From: a virus
IMG/VR virus record: IMGVR_UViG_3300032268_001078
Location: 96,001-160,000 of that record
Length of the DNA stretch: 64,000 nucleotides
Reading direction: 5' to 3' (one strand)
Part shown: positions 28,718-37,976 of the stretch, piece after piece
Numbering within the stretch: position 1 is the stretch's first letter
Layout: each line of letters starts with the position of its first letter
The notes under the pieces: model-generated
Told to the model about the DNA's origin: nothing
Databases searched by the model: none
Seen by the model: only the letters and a program-made list of their open reading frames with translations
Translations under genes and position numbers: made by a program

Positions 28718-30100
28718 TTATTTAATTCCAGCTAGTTTTTGCATTCTTGAAATTTGATCATCAGCTTTAATAATTGGTTGGCTTGCTGGGCGACCACCGA
28801 TTACTTTACTAGCAAATGATGTTTTATTTTCTGTTAAAGCTTTTTTGTTAGATGATTTTTTGATAGTTGTTTTCAAAATTTCATAAACATTTTTAGCTTC
28901 GTTTAATGATGTAGCTTTATCAAAAGAACTAACTACATTTACTTTTTGACCTTCAGTTAAACTGTTTGCTTTGAAAATACGATTAACGTAAATCAATTTA
29001 GCGTTTAATAAATTAACTTCGTTTAATTGACCACGAAGAGTTCTGATGGTACGAATGGCTTCTTTCAATTCTTCTTCTTTAGATTCATCTACATCACCTT
29101 TCATCATTTTTTTCTTTTCCATCATAGCTTTGATTTTAGATTTCATAGCTTCTTTCATGTCATCTTCTTCTTCTTTAATTACTTTAGGTCCTTTATATTT
29201 ACCTTTCATAGTAATTGCAGCAAGATTCTTTTGAGGAGCTACTCCACCTGATGTTCCAGCTTTTTTAGCTTCGTCCATTTCTTTTGGTTCACCTTTGTAA
29301 CCTTTACGTTGTTTCATAGCTTCGTAAAGAGAATAAAGTTCTTCTAATTCTTCTTCTTCAGATTTTTTCTTTTTAGGTTTAGATTTAGATTTTTTGTCTT
29401 CTTCACCTTCTTCTTCACCTTCTTCTTCAGTTTCTTCACCTTCCATTTCACCACCTTCAGCGTCAAAGTTGAAATCCATGTTCATGTCTTCTTCACCTCC
29501 CATGTCTTCCATGCCTTCTTCACCACCTAAACCAGCAGCTTCAAGTTCAGCTCTGATGATTTTTTTAAGTTCATCAACTGTAACTTCACCAATTCCTTCA
29601 CTTCCTGAAGCAGCTTCATTTTCCATGTCGAACATTTCGTTCATCATGTCTTCTTCTTCATTTACTTCTTCACCTTCTTTTTCAAGTTCACGTAAGATTT
29701 CTTCAAGATCAAAGTTTTCTTCCATTCCTTCTTCTTCGGAAAGTTCAGAATCCATTTCATACACAGAACCATCACCATCCATGTCTTCTTCTTCAAGAGC
29801 ATTAAATAATTCTTCTAAGTCGATTTCTTCTTCAAGACTAGTGTTGTCATCAGGATCATAATCCATTCCTTCTTCTACTTCATTTTCTTCATTCATAGAA
29901 ATTAGATCTAAATTACGATCTGAATTGTAAATTTCTTCCATCTCATCTTTTTCATCATCTCTCATACGTTTTTCAAACATAGCTGAAATACGTGGTGCAA
30001 ATGATTCTTCAAGAGAGGCTTTTGCATTGGCAACGGCAGCTTCACGTAGAGCTTTAGCGTCAGCAATGGCTTCTTCGAATAATTTTTTGTTATTTGACAT
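28718..30100 (-). CDS. Prohead scaffold / core protein
   Basis: Very Glu-rich linker, coiled coils, EVNLLNAKLIY, C-terminal RMQKLAGIK; lies between protease and capsid genes. Confidence 0.88.
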   Translation of the reverse strand: MSNNKKLFEEAIADAKALREAAVANAKASLEESFAPRISAMFEKRMRDDEKDEMEEIYNSDRNLDLISMNEENEVEEGMDYDPDDNTSLEEEIDLEELFNALEEEDMDGDGSVYEMDSELSEEEGMEENFDLEEILRELEKEGEEVNEEEDMMNEMFDMENEAASGSEGIGEVTVDELKKIIRAELEAAGLGGEEGMEDMGGEEDMNMDFNFDAEGGEMEGEETEEEGEEEGEEDKKSKSKPKKKKSEEEELEELYSLYEAMKQRKGYKGEPKEMDEAKKAGTSGGVAPQKNLAAITMKGKYKGPKVIKEEEDDMKEAMKSKIKAMMEKKKMMKGDVDESKEEELKEAIRTIRTLRGQLNEVNLLNAKLIYVNRIFKANSLTEGQKVNVVSSFDKATSLNEAKNVYEILKTTIKKSSNKKALTENKTSFASKVIGGRPASQPIIKADDQISRMQKLAGIK

Positions 30101-30115
30101 TTAATTTTTTTGTTT

Positions 30116-30183
30116 TCGCACTGTCTATTAAAGAGACAATATAAGTATTTTTGTAATGTGCGACAGGATATTAGAGATCCTGT
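30116..30183 (-). promoter_or_regulatory. Structured 5' leader of the scaffold/capsid operon
   Basis: Hairpin ACAGGAT/ATCCTGT plus stem TCGCAC/GTGCGA enclosing the TGTCT/AGACA hairpin. Confidence 0.5.
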
Positions 30184-30193
30184 ATGGATATTC

Positions 30194-30211
30194 ATAAATA
30201 TGTATAAATAC
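30194..30211 (-). promoter_or_regulatory. Tandem class I motifs (ATATTTAT plus near-copy GTATTTAT)
   Basis: 10-bp spaced pair upstream of the scaffold/capsid operon leader. Confidence 0.7.
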
Positions 30212-30241
30212 CCAAAAACATGCAACTATTATAAAAACTTT

Positions 30242-30874
30242 TTATCTTATACAACAAACTCCGGTTTGGCTACAAATAATATCTGTAACTAACGAATGGA
30301 TTTTATTGTAAGGATTAGTATTTGTATTATAATTATAATTTTTAGATTCATTTAATCCACCTACTGGTCTCATATAAGCACCATGTGTAGATGGCGTACT
30401 TACAAAATCCCAACAAACTAAATCAAAATCATCTTGTACTTCAACTGTGTTTTCATTCATGGGTGTTGTTGAACCCATTCCACGAGATGAAATACCTACT
30501 GTAATATTATTTAAAAATAAATGTTTTAAAATATTTCCTGAAGGAGTATCTAAAACTTCTATGCGACCAAATAAATCATCACCGTCCCACCATAATTTTT
30601 GAATATTATGACAAACATTTTTAAGATTAATTACTGATGATTCAGGATGATCTAATTCTCCTAATGCTCTATTTTGAGCAATAGGTCCTTGAATGTATTT
30701 TGCAACTTCTCTTTCTAGAATTCCTTTAGGGTAAATACGGCCATTTTCATTTTTAGCATTAGCCCGTTGTACAATACCTTCTACAATTAAATTTTTAGAA
30801 GGATTCATCCTTGCCTCATGTAAATTTTGGGCAATAGGTTTAAAAGGAATATATTCTATTAAAATTTGAGACAT
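30242..30874 (-). CDS. gp21: Prohead core protease (T4 gp21-like)
   Basis: NENGRIYP, ALGELDHP, VGISSRGMGS, WDFVSTPSTHGA. Confidence 0.96.
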   Translation of the reverse strand: MSQILIEYIPFKPIAQNLHEARMNPSKNLIVEGIVQRANAKNENGRIYPKGILEREVAKYIQGPIAQNRALGELDHPESSVINLKNVCHNIQKLWWDGDDLFGRIEVLDTPSGNILKHLFLNNITVGISSRGMGSTTPMNENTVEVQDDFDLVCWDFVSTPSTHGAYMRPVGGLNESKNYNYNTNTNPYNKIHSLVTDIICSQTGVCCIR

Positions 30875-31902
30875 TAAGGAACTTGTTTAAACTTATTTTG
30901 AAAGTCAGGATCTGCAGTGATTTTATCTCCAGGTTTAGCAGATATCATAGTATTTGGATCTTTTTTACTTTGATAAAGTATTTCTTTAATCATACCTTTA
31001 ATAGCTTTTACATTTTCAGGAGTTAAACGAATAGTTCTTGAATCTTGAACTTGAACACCTTCATTGTTTTGAATGCGTCTTTTATTAGCATCATTAGTTT
31101 TACCAACATTGATAATTGGTTCACCTTTTGCTTTTTTATCTGCTTGATATTTTTCCCAAGCTGCATCAACTTCTTTATCAGATGGTCTTTTTTTACCCAT
31201 TTCACTCATTGGGTTTTTTGGATTAGCTTGAGCATGAGCTGCAACAGCCATGTTTCTTTTTTCTTTATCTGTTTTTCCTTTAAATTGAGGAGCTTTAGAT
31301 TTTTCAAAATCACTAACGTACTTACTTATTGGAGCATTTTTACGAATTCTTTCTCCTAATGAAGTATCAGGACCACTAAAATTTTCTTTTAATGCTACTT
31401 TTTTTTCTTTACCGGGCATAGCCATTACTTTAGCACCTCTTGCTTTTTTAGGTGTTTGAGTCATACTAGCTACTTTTCCAGGGTTATTAGGATTTTTAAT
31501 TTTACTGTCTTTTTTAACATTTGCTTTAACATCCTTTTTAGCTACTTTCATTTCATTAGCTTTATCTTTAGTTAAAGTATCATCTTTAGGAGTTTTAACT
31601 TCAGCTTTAACAGCTTCAGCCGATTTAGCAGTGTTACGAGTACCTGGTTTTTTGCCTGATCCCCATTCTCCTACTAACTTTACAGAGTCAGCAGCTAAAC
31701 GATTAGTATAATAAGCTGGATCTGCTTTAAGGTTTTTAATTACTTTAGCTTGTGCTTTTTTAATATTTTCTGGATTTATTTCCCCACCCATTGTGGTTAA
31801 TTCATAATCCATTCCGCTGTCGAATTCATAGACATTTACACGGTCTATTTCTTTTTGTAACGGGTTTATATATTGGTCGAAGTATTGTTGGTTGACGCCC
31901 AT
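30874..31902 (-). CDS. Lys-rich putative internal head protein, 342 aa
   Basis: KNLKADPAYYT; SDFEKSKAPQFKGK module; several L/M/I-x-E sites; head module. Confidence 0.55.
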   Translation of the reverse strand: MGVNQQYFDQYINPLQKEIDRVNVYEFDSGMDYELTTMGGEINPENIKKAQAKVIKNLKADPAYYTNRLAADSVKLVGEWGSGKKPGTRNTAKSAEAVKAEVKTPKDDTLTKDKANEMKVAKKDVKANVKKDSKIKNPNNPGKVASMTQTPKKARGAKVMAMPGKEKKVALKENFSGPDTSLGERIRKNAPISKYVSDFEKSKAPQFKGKTDKEKRNMAVAAHAQANPKNPMSEMGKKRPSDKEVDAAWEKYQADKKAKGEPIINVGKTNDANKRRIQNNEGVQVQDSRTIRLTPENVKAIKGMIKEILYQSKKDPNTMISAKPGDKITADPDFQNKFKQVP

Positions 31903-31906
31903 GGTG

Positions 31907-31914
31907 ATAAATAT
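31907..31914 (-). promoter_or_regulatory. Class I motif ATATTTAT
   Basis: 4 nt upstream of start 31902. Confidence 0.65.
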
Positions 31915-31917
31915 GTA

Positions 31918-32070
31918 TTATCCTTGTCCTATAGAAATTTTTTTATAATTTTTTGAACCTTTATTTTTAGACATTTTTGTTTTGGCATGAATACCTTTAC
32001 GTTTGGTTTTTGTCTTTAATTTAAATATTCTAACAGGTCCACTGCTTTTTGCTTTAACTTTTGCTGCCAT
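31918..32070 (-). CDS. Small highly basic protein, 50 aa (not in the ORF track)
   Basis: MAAKVKAKSSGPVRIFKLKTKTKRKGIHAKTKMSKNKGSKNYKKISIGQG; fills the gap between two head genes. Confidence 0.7.
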   Translation of the reverse strand: MAAKVKAKSSGPVRIFKLKTKTKRKGIHAKTKMSKNKGSKNYKKISIGQG

Positions 32071-32779
32071 TTTTTATTTCTTTTATATTTTTATATAACG
32101 TTTTTAATTCATTCATTAATTGATCTACTATACCTTCAGTTCGTTTATTGTATTGAACATTATTGGTTTCACTTAATTCTACTTTTAACTTACTTGTGTA
32201 ATTAGCAATTTTGTTTACTTCTTGAAGTTTTCGTTTAATTTCTTTCATAGCAACATGCATTTGTGTAGAAGGTTTAACTACTTCAGTTTGTTTCTTAAAT
32301 TGATTATAACGAGTTTCATTCAATGCTTTATTGATTATTTTATTGTAATCAGCCATTGAAAGAGTTTTACCAGTTTCACTTAATCTAATAGTATTCTCAG
32401 CCACATTGTGTAAATCCATGTCAGTTTTCGCATCTTCTCGCGCGTATTCTAACAATCTAATAAATAATGGTACATCTACCACGATTTTATCGGGTTTGTT
32501 GGTAGCTTCCCACAAATCTTTAGCGTCTATTCTATCAGATGGTTTAGCTTTAGTATAACCTATACCAGTATATGCTGTAATGTCTTTTGCTCCTGGAGTG
32601 TATGCTGAAGGAACAGATCCTTTTTTATTTTGTCCTTGATATGTTGGATTTGATTCTTTAATGGTTTTATTTCCATTATGTTGATACCCATTTCCTACAG
32701 AAAAACTAGCATTTTGTTCTTTTATTTGTTTTTGAACAAACTTACGAATTTTTTCTTGTAATTCGGTTTTAGTTCTCAT
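32054..32779 (-). CDS. Putative internal head protein, 241 aa
   Basis: Module VDVPLFIRLLEYAREDAKTDMDLH flanked by LWE and LNE; head module. Confidence 0.55.
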   Translation of the reverse strand: MRTKTELQEKIRKFVQKQIKEQNASFSVGNGYQHNGNKTIKESNPTYQGQNKKGSVPSAYTPGAKDITAYTGIGYTKAKPSDRIDAKDLWEATNKPDKIVVDVPLFIRLLEYAREDAKTDMDLHNVAENTIRLSETGKTLSMADYNKIINKALNETRYNQFKKQTEVVKPSTQMHVAMKEIKRKLQEVNKIANYTSKLKVELSETNNVQYNKRTEGIVDQLMNELKTLYKNIKEIKNGSKS

Positions 32780-33624
32780 GATACTTTTTTAATTTCACTT
32801 AATAATTCATAATATTGAAGTAAGTTAATTAAATGTTCTTCTTTTGGATTTTCATTTTTAAGAACAGGTTTAATTAATTTAATAGATTCATTTAATTTAA
32901 TTTGTGTAGCTAAATCTGGTATTCTTTCAGTATAACTAGTCAAATTTAATTTTAAATAATTAAAGTGATTATTAATAATATTTTTTAATTTAATTGAATC
33001 ATTAATATTATTAATGTATTCTTTTAAAATAAGTTTTTGTTGTGAAGTAAAACTATTATAACGTTCATTGAATTTTTCAATTAGTATTTTATATGTAAGA
33101 ATACGAATATCTGCTGATTCATTTAAAAATAATTTAATGTTTTCATTTTCTCCATTAATTATTTCTTTTTTAGTTAAATGTTCTAATAAAGTAATTTTAT
33201 TATCAATAACTTGTTTTGGATCTGTATATGTTTTTGAACGGTAGTGTTCTAATAAAGTATAAACAGCAGCAGAGGTTTTATAATTAGAAATTTTATTTCT
33301 AAAGAAATTATCTAAATCATAATGTCTTTTAATATCTTTAACTAAATTATATTTTTCTTCATTTATTTTTTTAGTATTTATTTTGATAGCAGATTCTGCT
33401 AGAGTTTGAATAATGGTTTCAGCTTTAGAATCAGTTAGTTTTTCACTGTTATTTACTAAATTATAAAGACGTTGTTCTTTAGCTAATTCAGAATTAGTAA
33501 AGTGTTTTTTCATTATTTTTACAGCAGGTGAATCACCTTTAGTCAACACATCATTAGTTACTTGGCGTACTAACAGCTCAAATATAATACCAGTGTTCTT
33601 TACCTTTGAATGTTTTATTAACAT
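32776..33624 (-). CDS. Hypothetical protein downstream of portal, 282 aa
   Basis: HSKVKNTGIIFELLVRQ; long helical ORF with upstream motif. Confidence 0.6.
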   Translation of the reverse strand: MLIKHSKVKNTGIIFELLVRQVTNDVLTKGDSPAVKIMKKHFTNSELAKEQRLYNLVNNSEKLTDSKAETIIQTLAESAIKINTKKINEEKYNLVKDIKRHYDLDNFFRNKISNYKTSAAVYTLLEHYRSKTYTDPKQVIDNKITLLEHLTKKEIINGENENIKLFLNESADIRILTYKILIEKFNERYNSFTSQQKLILKEYINNINDSIKLKNIINNHFNYLKLNLTSYTERIPDLATQIKLNESIKLIKPVLKNENPKEEHLINLLQYYELLSEIKKVS

Positions 33625-33637
33625 GTTAAATCTAATA

Positions 33638-33645
33638 ATAAATAT
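33638..33645 (-). promoter_or_regulatory. Class I motif ATATTTAT
   Basis: 13 nt upstream of start 33624. Confidence 0.65.
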
Positions 33646-33650
33646 GTATA

Positions 33651-35615
33651 TTAACTAGGAGACATAATGTTGTTTTCACTTAACAAACCATCATCGTCTT
33701 TTGATTCAAATAAGTTTATTTTTCTCATTCCACTTAAACCACTCAACATATTTTTATTTTGAAGATAAACAGTTTGGGTACTTTCTAATGCTAAAGGTGA
33801 ACCACCTTTATATTGTGTTTTTCCAAGTTTATTTTCACCTTCTTCTGGAGCTGAGTATTCTTTGCGGCCTAAGCGATCTTTCCCAAATGGACTATCTTGA
33901 GTATCAATAACACTAGATTTCTTTTCAGGTCTACCAGGTAACCTAACTTTATTAGGTTGATTTTCATCATATCCTGTTGGTACTTGTTCTGGTGCTTTTG
34001 GAGGTCCTGTATAGCGACCTGGTCCATATATTGTTGCTAATATATGAGGTGTACCATATGCTTGTCCTGTTTCTGCTGGATCGTTTCCTTCTTCTTCTAC
34101 TTGTTTTAATCTAAATAAGCGTTTTTTATCTTCAATTACTAAATCTCTCATTTCATCTACTTCATCTTCACTAAAATGAAATACATTATCATAAATCCAA
34201 TCACTAGGCATTAAGCCAGATTCTTGAACTGATTTAGCTAAGTCAACTTTTTCTTTCCATAATGCAACTCTTTCTTGATCATAGATAATACTTGGTGTAG
34301 TTAATGAAAGTTCAAAATTTGCTAATGCTTCTCCATCGTATCCTTGAACATATAAATGAACCAACGCAATTTTTGTAAGTTCACTTACTAATATTCGTTG
34401 TAAACGTTCTACTGTACGAGCAAATCTAATGTCTTCAGCAGCTAATGTAGCTTTACCGGTTAAATCTTTTTCATAACCCATAAATGCTTTAGGAACTTTA
34501 AGAGCGGCAAATAATTTGTCTCTTAAATATTCTACATCTGTAATACCATCATAGTTTAATCCAGGAACATTATCAATTCTAGTAGTTGTATCATTACCAC
34601 GAACTGGAATATAATAATCTTCCATCATATTTTGAACATTATATTTTAAATTATATTGGCCTGTTTGGTTATCCACAAATGGAGTTTTTTTCAATTTACT
34701 AACCATTTGTTGCATATAATTGTCTACTTCTGCTGGAGGAATAGCACCAATATTAATATAAAATAATCTTCTGTCTGGAGCGCGAGTAATTCTATGAATT
34801 AACATAGCATCTTCCATCAACATATATTGTTTAAATAATTTACGAGCAGGCTCTAAATAACTTCTACCATAAGGTAAATAGTTAACATCACTTAATAATC
34901 TAAAGTGAGCCATTTCATAATTTTCAAAATAAATTCCTTCTTCTACATCTTTATTTCCATAACTAGCCCAACCTGCTGCACTAGAAGCACCAGATCCAGC
35001 TGCTGGATCATATTTAAATCTAACATAAGATGGATTGTCTAATTTAATACCTTCTTCTCTTAAAATATTAAAACTACTAAATGGAATAACATTATAAACA
35101 CCAAATTTTTCAGCAATTTCTAATTTTAAATAAAAATCACCGTATTTAAACATGTTTCTAGCCCATGACCATAAATTAAATTCAACATTCAATACATCAT
35201 AAAACAAGTTATAAAGAATTTTTTGAATATTTTCATCACTAGAACGAATATGAAGCATTTCTCCACTTTCATTTCGTAAAGTACACTCATCTGCTAAAAT
35301 ATCTAATGCTGATGCTACAATAGCATCACTATCCATTGCTTCATAATCAGAATATAATTGAGGTCTGATTGAAGGATAATTAATAGCGGTTTGACCAGCA
35401 TATGCTGCTACTCCTGATGTGGTGTAAATTCTATTGAATCTATCTACTACAGAGTTAGTTTGAAGTACCCCCTGAGATTGGATTCTATCAGTATCAATTA
35501 CTTTTAGTTGATCTCCTCCTACATTTCGTATTACTACGTCTGCTGAGAATAATTTCTTTAATCTTCCAAATATACCTGTGGTAGGTGTTTGTGGATTTAT
35601 TTGTTGTTCTGCCAT
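33651..35615 (-). CDS. gp20: Portal protein (T4 gp20-like)
   Basis: SYLEPARKLFKQYMLMEDAMLIHRITRAPDRRLFYI; DVEYLRDKLFAALKVP. Confidence 0.97.
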   Translation of the reverse strand: MAEQQINPQTPTTGIFGRLKKLFSADVVIRNVGGDQLKVIDTDRIQSQGVLQTNSVVDRFNRIYTTSGVAAYAGQTAINYPSIRPQLYSDYEAMDSDAIVASALDILADECTLRNESGEMLHIRSSDENIQKILYNLFYDVLNVEFNLWSWARNMFKYGDFYLKLEIAEKFGVYNVIPFSSFNILREEGIKLDNPSYVRFKYDPAAGSGASSAAGWASYGNKDVEEGIYFENYEMAHFRLLSDVNYLPYGRSYLEPARKLFKQYMLMEDAMLIHRITRAPDRRLFYINIGAIPPAEVDNYMQQMVSKLKKTPFVDNQTGQYNLKYNVQNMMEDYYIPVRGNDTTTRIDNVPGLNYDGITDVEYLRDKLFAALKVPKAFMGYEKDLTGKATLAAEDIRFARTVERLQRILVSELTKIALVHLYVQGYDGEALANFELSLTTPSIIYDQERVALWKEKVDLAKSVQESGLMPSDWIYDNVFHFSEDEVDEMRDLVIEDKKRLFRLKQVEEEGNDPAETGQAYGTPHILATIYGPGRYTGPPKAPEQVPTGYDENQPNKVRLPGRPEKKSSVIDTQDSPFGKDRLGRKEYSAPEEGENKLGKTQYKGGSPLALESTQTVYLQNKNMLSGLSGMRKINLFESKDDDGLLSENNIMSPS

Positions 35616-35622
35616 TGTTTTG

Positions 35623-37227
35623 TTATAATAACCATGTTAAATCTACAATATTACCTTGGGCATCTTGCATTTTAAATGGATTTTGGTTGTTAGTGTAATT
35701 TGTATTATACATTGCTGGCATATGTAAGGCTGTTGATTTTCCTATTCCTTGAATTGCCATTTTTGTTAACTCATCTCCAGTTTGTTTATATTTTAAACTT
35801 GTGTCTCTTAAAAACATTCCTATTCCTAAAGCCATAACTAAGTCATCATTATATCCGTCTTGTGCTTGTGCTTTACCATGTTTCCACACAAAAGTCCTTA
35901 ATTCTTCCAATGTTCTTTTTGATTGAATAGTTACTGATTTTTCATGAATATAAGAAATCATTTTAGCAATGACCAGTGGTCTAGTACGAAGAGATGTAGT
36001 AAATCCTGGAACCATTCCTTCACCTGACTGGTATTTGTTAAGATACAATTCAACATTTACTAATGCTGCATCTTGTCTTGGTGAATAATATAGATTTGGA
36101 TATTGTCTTTCAATAACTGTTTGAACTACATCCCAACCTACGTTAGCATTTTCAACTACTAATAAAGCATTATTATATTCTGTAGCAATACCAACTAAAA
36201 AATGACCATAGTCACGAGTTCCAATTTGTCCTTTATATTCTCCAACTTGAGTATTGGTTTCTATGTCAAAAATATGGAAAGCACTGTAATCTTTTCCGTC
36301 TCCTCTTGCACAATCTGCAATAACTGCGTATTGTTTTGAATAATCTGGACGTTCAAATATCCAAAGATTACCATCCATCCCACGTTTTTCTACAGGTTCT
36401 TTAACATTTGTTTCAATATACCAATTAAGAACCGAAGGATCAATAGCAGTATCACCGGAAGTTGTAAAATCACAATCACATTCTTGTGCTGCCATTCTTG
36501 GTCCTAAATCAACATCTTGTTGATCTCTCCACGATTGATTGCGTTCAGGATGTACAGTCCAAGGTAATCTTATTGGTAAGAAACTAGTTTGACCTTCTTC
36601 TGCTTTAACCCAAGTTCTATGAAACCAGTTTCCTGTACCATATGGAGTAGACATTGCAATACATCCACCACCTGTTGCTAAGGTTTGTTGAGCTGAAACG
36701 AATACTTCTTCGATATTATCAATAAACGCAGCCTCGTCAATCAACAACAATGATACGGCTTCTGAACGTGCACTATCACCAGCTGCTGAAACGGCTTTCA
36801 TTTGAGATCCATTTGCTAATCGAATACTGAGTTTGTTGTTTTCAATTGTTTTAATTTGCATCCAACTAGGTAAGTTATCATAACCAAATTTTACTTTAGT
36901 TACCATATTTTTAGCTGTTTCAGTTTTAGTCGCAATACATAACACGTTTTTATCTGTGTTAAATAACATTAACCACAAACTGTAACCCGATGCTAAAGTA
37001 CTAATACCTAATTGACGAGATTTATTAATAATACAAAATGGATTTTTTAAATATAATTTTAATACTGCTTCTTGAAAAGGATAAAGTTGAAATCTTACTC
37101 TACCTCTTGTAGGATGTTGAATCATATAATACTTCTTCATGAAGTAAATAGGATCCTGCTTACATCTAATAAGTTCTTGTTGAATTGCTTCTTTTATGGA
37201 AGGTTGTATTATTTGCTTATCTTCCAT
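35623..37227 (-). CDS. terL: Terminase large subunit (T4 gp17-like)
   Basis: KSRQLGIST Walker A; LLLIDEAAF Walker B; STPYG; nuclease domain DCARGDGKDYS...YNDDLVMA; no intein seen. Confidence 0.98.
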   Translation of the reverse strand: MEDKQIIQPSIKEAIQQELIRCKQDPIYFMKKYYMIQHPTRGRVRFQLYPFQEAVLKLYLKNPFCIINKSRQLGISTLASGYSLWLMLFNTDKNVLCIATKTETAKNMVTKVKFGYDNLPSWMQIKTIENNKLSIRLANGSQMKAVSAAGDSARSEAVSLLLIDEAAFIDNIEEVFVSAQQTLATGGGCIAMSTPYGTGNWFHRTWVKAEEGQTSFLPIRLPWTVHPERNQSWRDQQDVDLGPRMAAQECDCDFTTSGDTAIDPSVLNWYIETNVKEPVEKRGMDGNLWIFERPDYSKQYAVIADCARGDGKDYSAFHIFDIETNTQVGEYKGQIGTRDYGHFLVGIATEYNNALLVVENANVGWDVVQTVIERQYPNLYYSPRQDAALVNVELYLNKYQSGEGMVPGFTTSLRTRPLVIAKMISYIHEKSVTIQSKRTLEELRTFVWKHGKAQAQDGYNDDLVMALGIGMFLRDTSLKYKQTGDELTKMAIQGIGKSTALHMPAMYNTNYTNNQNPFKMQDAQGNIVDLTWLL

Positions 37228-37787
37228 GATACTCCTCCTAAGAATCCCATACCACTTGTTGAATTTGCTCCAACTCCAAAGTGAAATACTGTATTCTTTT
37301 TATTTTCATAGCTAAGAGTTCCATAACCTCCAATATTAGTTATGTCTACTAAAAATCCTCCATAAAGTTTACGTTGAGCTACTTCATAATGATTGATTGT
37401 TTTTTCTATTGTAGTTGTTATTTTAGGTATTCTATAATTTTTAGTATGTTGTCTAGCAGCTAATTTATTTTTAGTAATAGTATCTCTAATAGCTATATAA
37501 CCTAAACTATCCATTCTAATTGTATCAAAATAAATCAACTTAGCAAAGTAGTCCGCCAATATTTTGGCGGTATCTACATGCTCTATAATTGGAGGTCCTG
37601 GAATATAAATTATTTCACCAGGAATATAAACTGGACTTACAATATTTGTTGTATCCCAAGTTGTATCGTGAGTAACTTGTATAAATGTATCTGATTTTGG
37701 GGCACCATTTGTACAGTATTTAGGGCCTATTAAAGCTAAAACAATTCCTAGTATTATAAGTAGTACTATTTGAATTTTCTTACCCAT
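37209..37787 (-). CDS. Membrane-anchored exported protein, possibly lysis-related
   Basis: N-terminal hydrophobic segment followed by Cys25; amphipathic beta-strand C-terminus ending GVSWKISK. Confidence 0.55.
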   Translation of the reverse strand: MGKKIQIVLLIILGIVLALIGPKYCTNGAPKSDTFIQVTHDTTWDTTNIVSPVYIPGEIIYIPGPPIIEHVDTAKILADYFAKLIYFDTIRMDSLGYIAIRDTITKNKLAARQHTKNYRIPKITTTIEKTINHYEVAQRKLYGGFLVDITNIGGYGTLSYENKKNTVFHFGVGANSTSGMGFLGGVSWKISK

Positions 37788-37965
37788 TTTTATTTCCTCC
37801 TACTGCCCATTTAATTCTGTCTACTTCTTTTTGATCAGGTTTAATCTTTTCTTTAATAAGAGGTTTTTTCTGATTTTCAAAACGTGCTTGTGTTGTTCCG
37901 TCAAACTTCTTTAGTAAGTTTTTGAAGTCATTCTCATCTAAAGGATTTACATTAAAATTACTCAT
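37780..37965 (-). CDS. Hypothetical protein, about 61 aa (likely start MSNF at 37965 rather than 37980)
   Basis: ATG at 37965 lies 14 nt after an ATATTTAT motif at 37980-37987. Confidence 0.5.
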   Translation of the reverse strand: MSNFNVNPLDENDFKNLLKKFDGTTQARFENQKKPLIKEKIKPDQKEVDRIKWAVGGNKNG

Positions 37966-37976
37966 AGTATATTTTA

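Noticed and set aside
29027-29861. Plus-strand ORFs, including a 155-aa Ser-rich ORF
   Set aside because: Antisense shadows of the Glu-rich scaffold gene (GAA reads TTC/TCT); no start context or motifs
29962-31205. Minus-strand alternative ORFs 29962..30225 and 31023..31205 (also 5447..5638 and 52997..53263)
   Set aside because: Out-of-frame overlaps with established genes or with the structured leader; no domain evidence
35623-37227. Intein or group I intron in terminase, portal or capsid genes
   Set aside because: Proteins are of normal length and continuous, with no intein splice motifs; the endonucleases are intergenic
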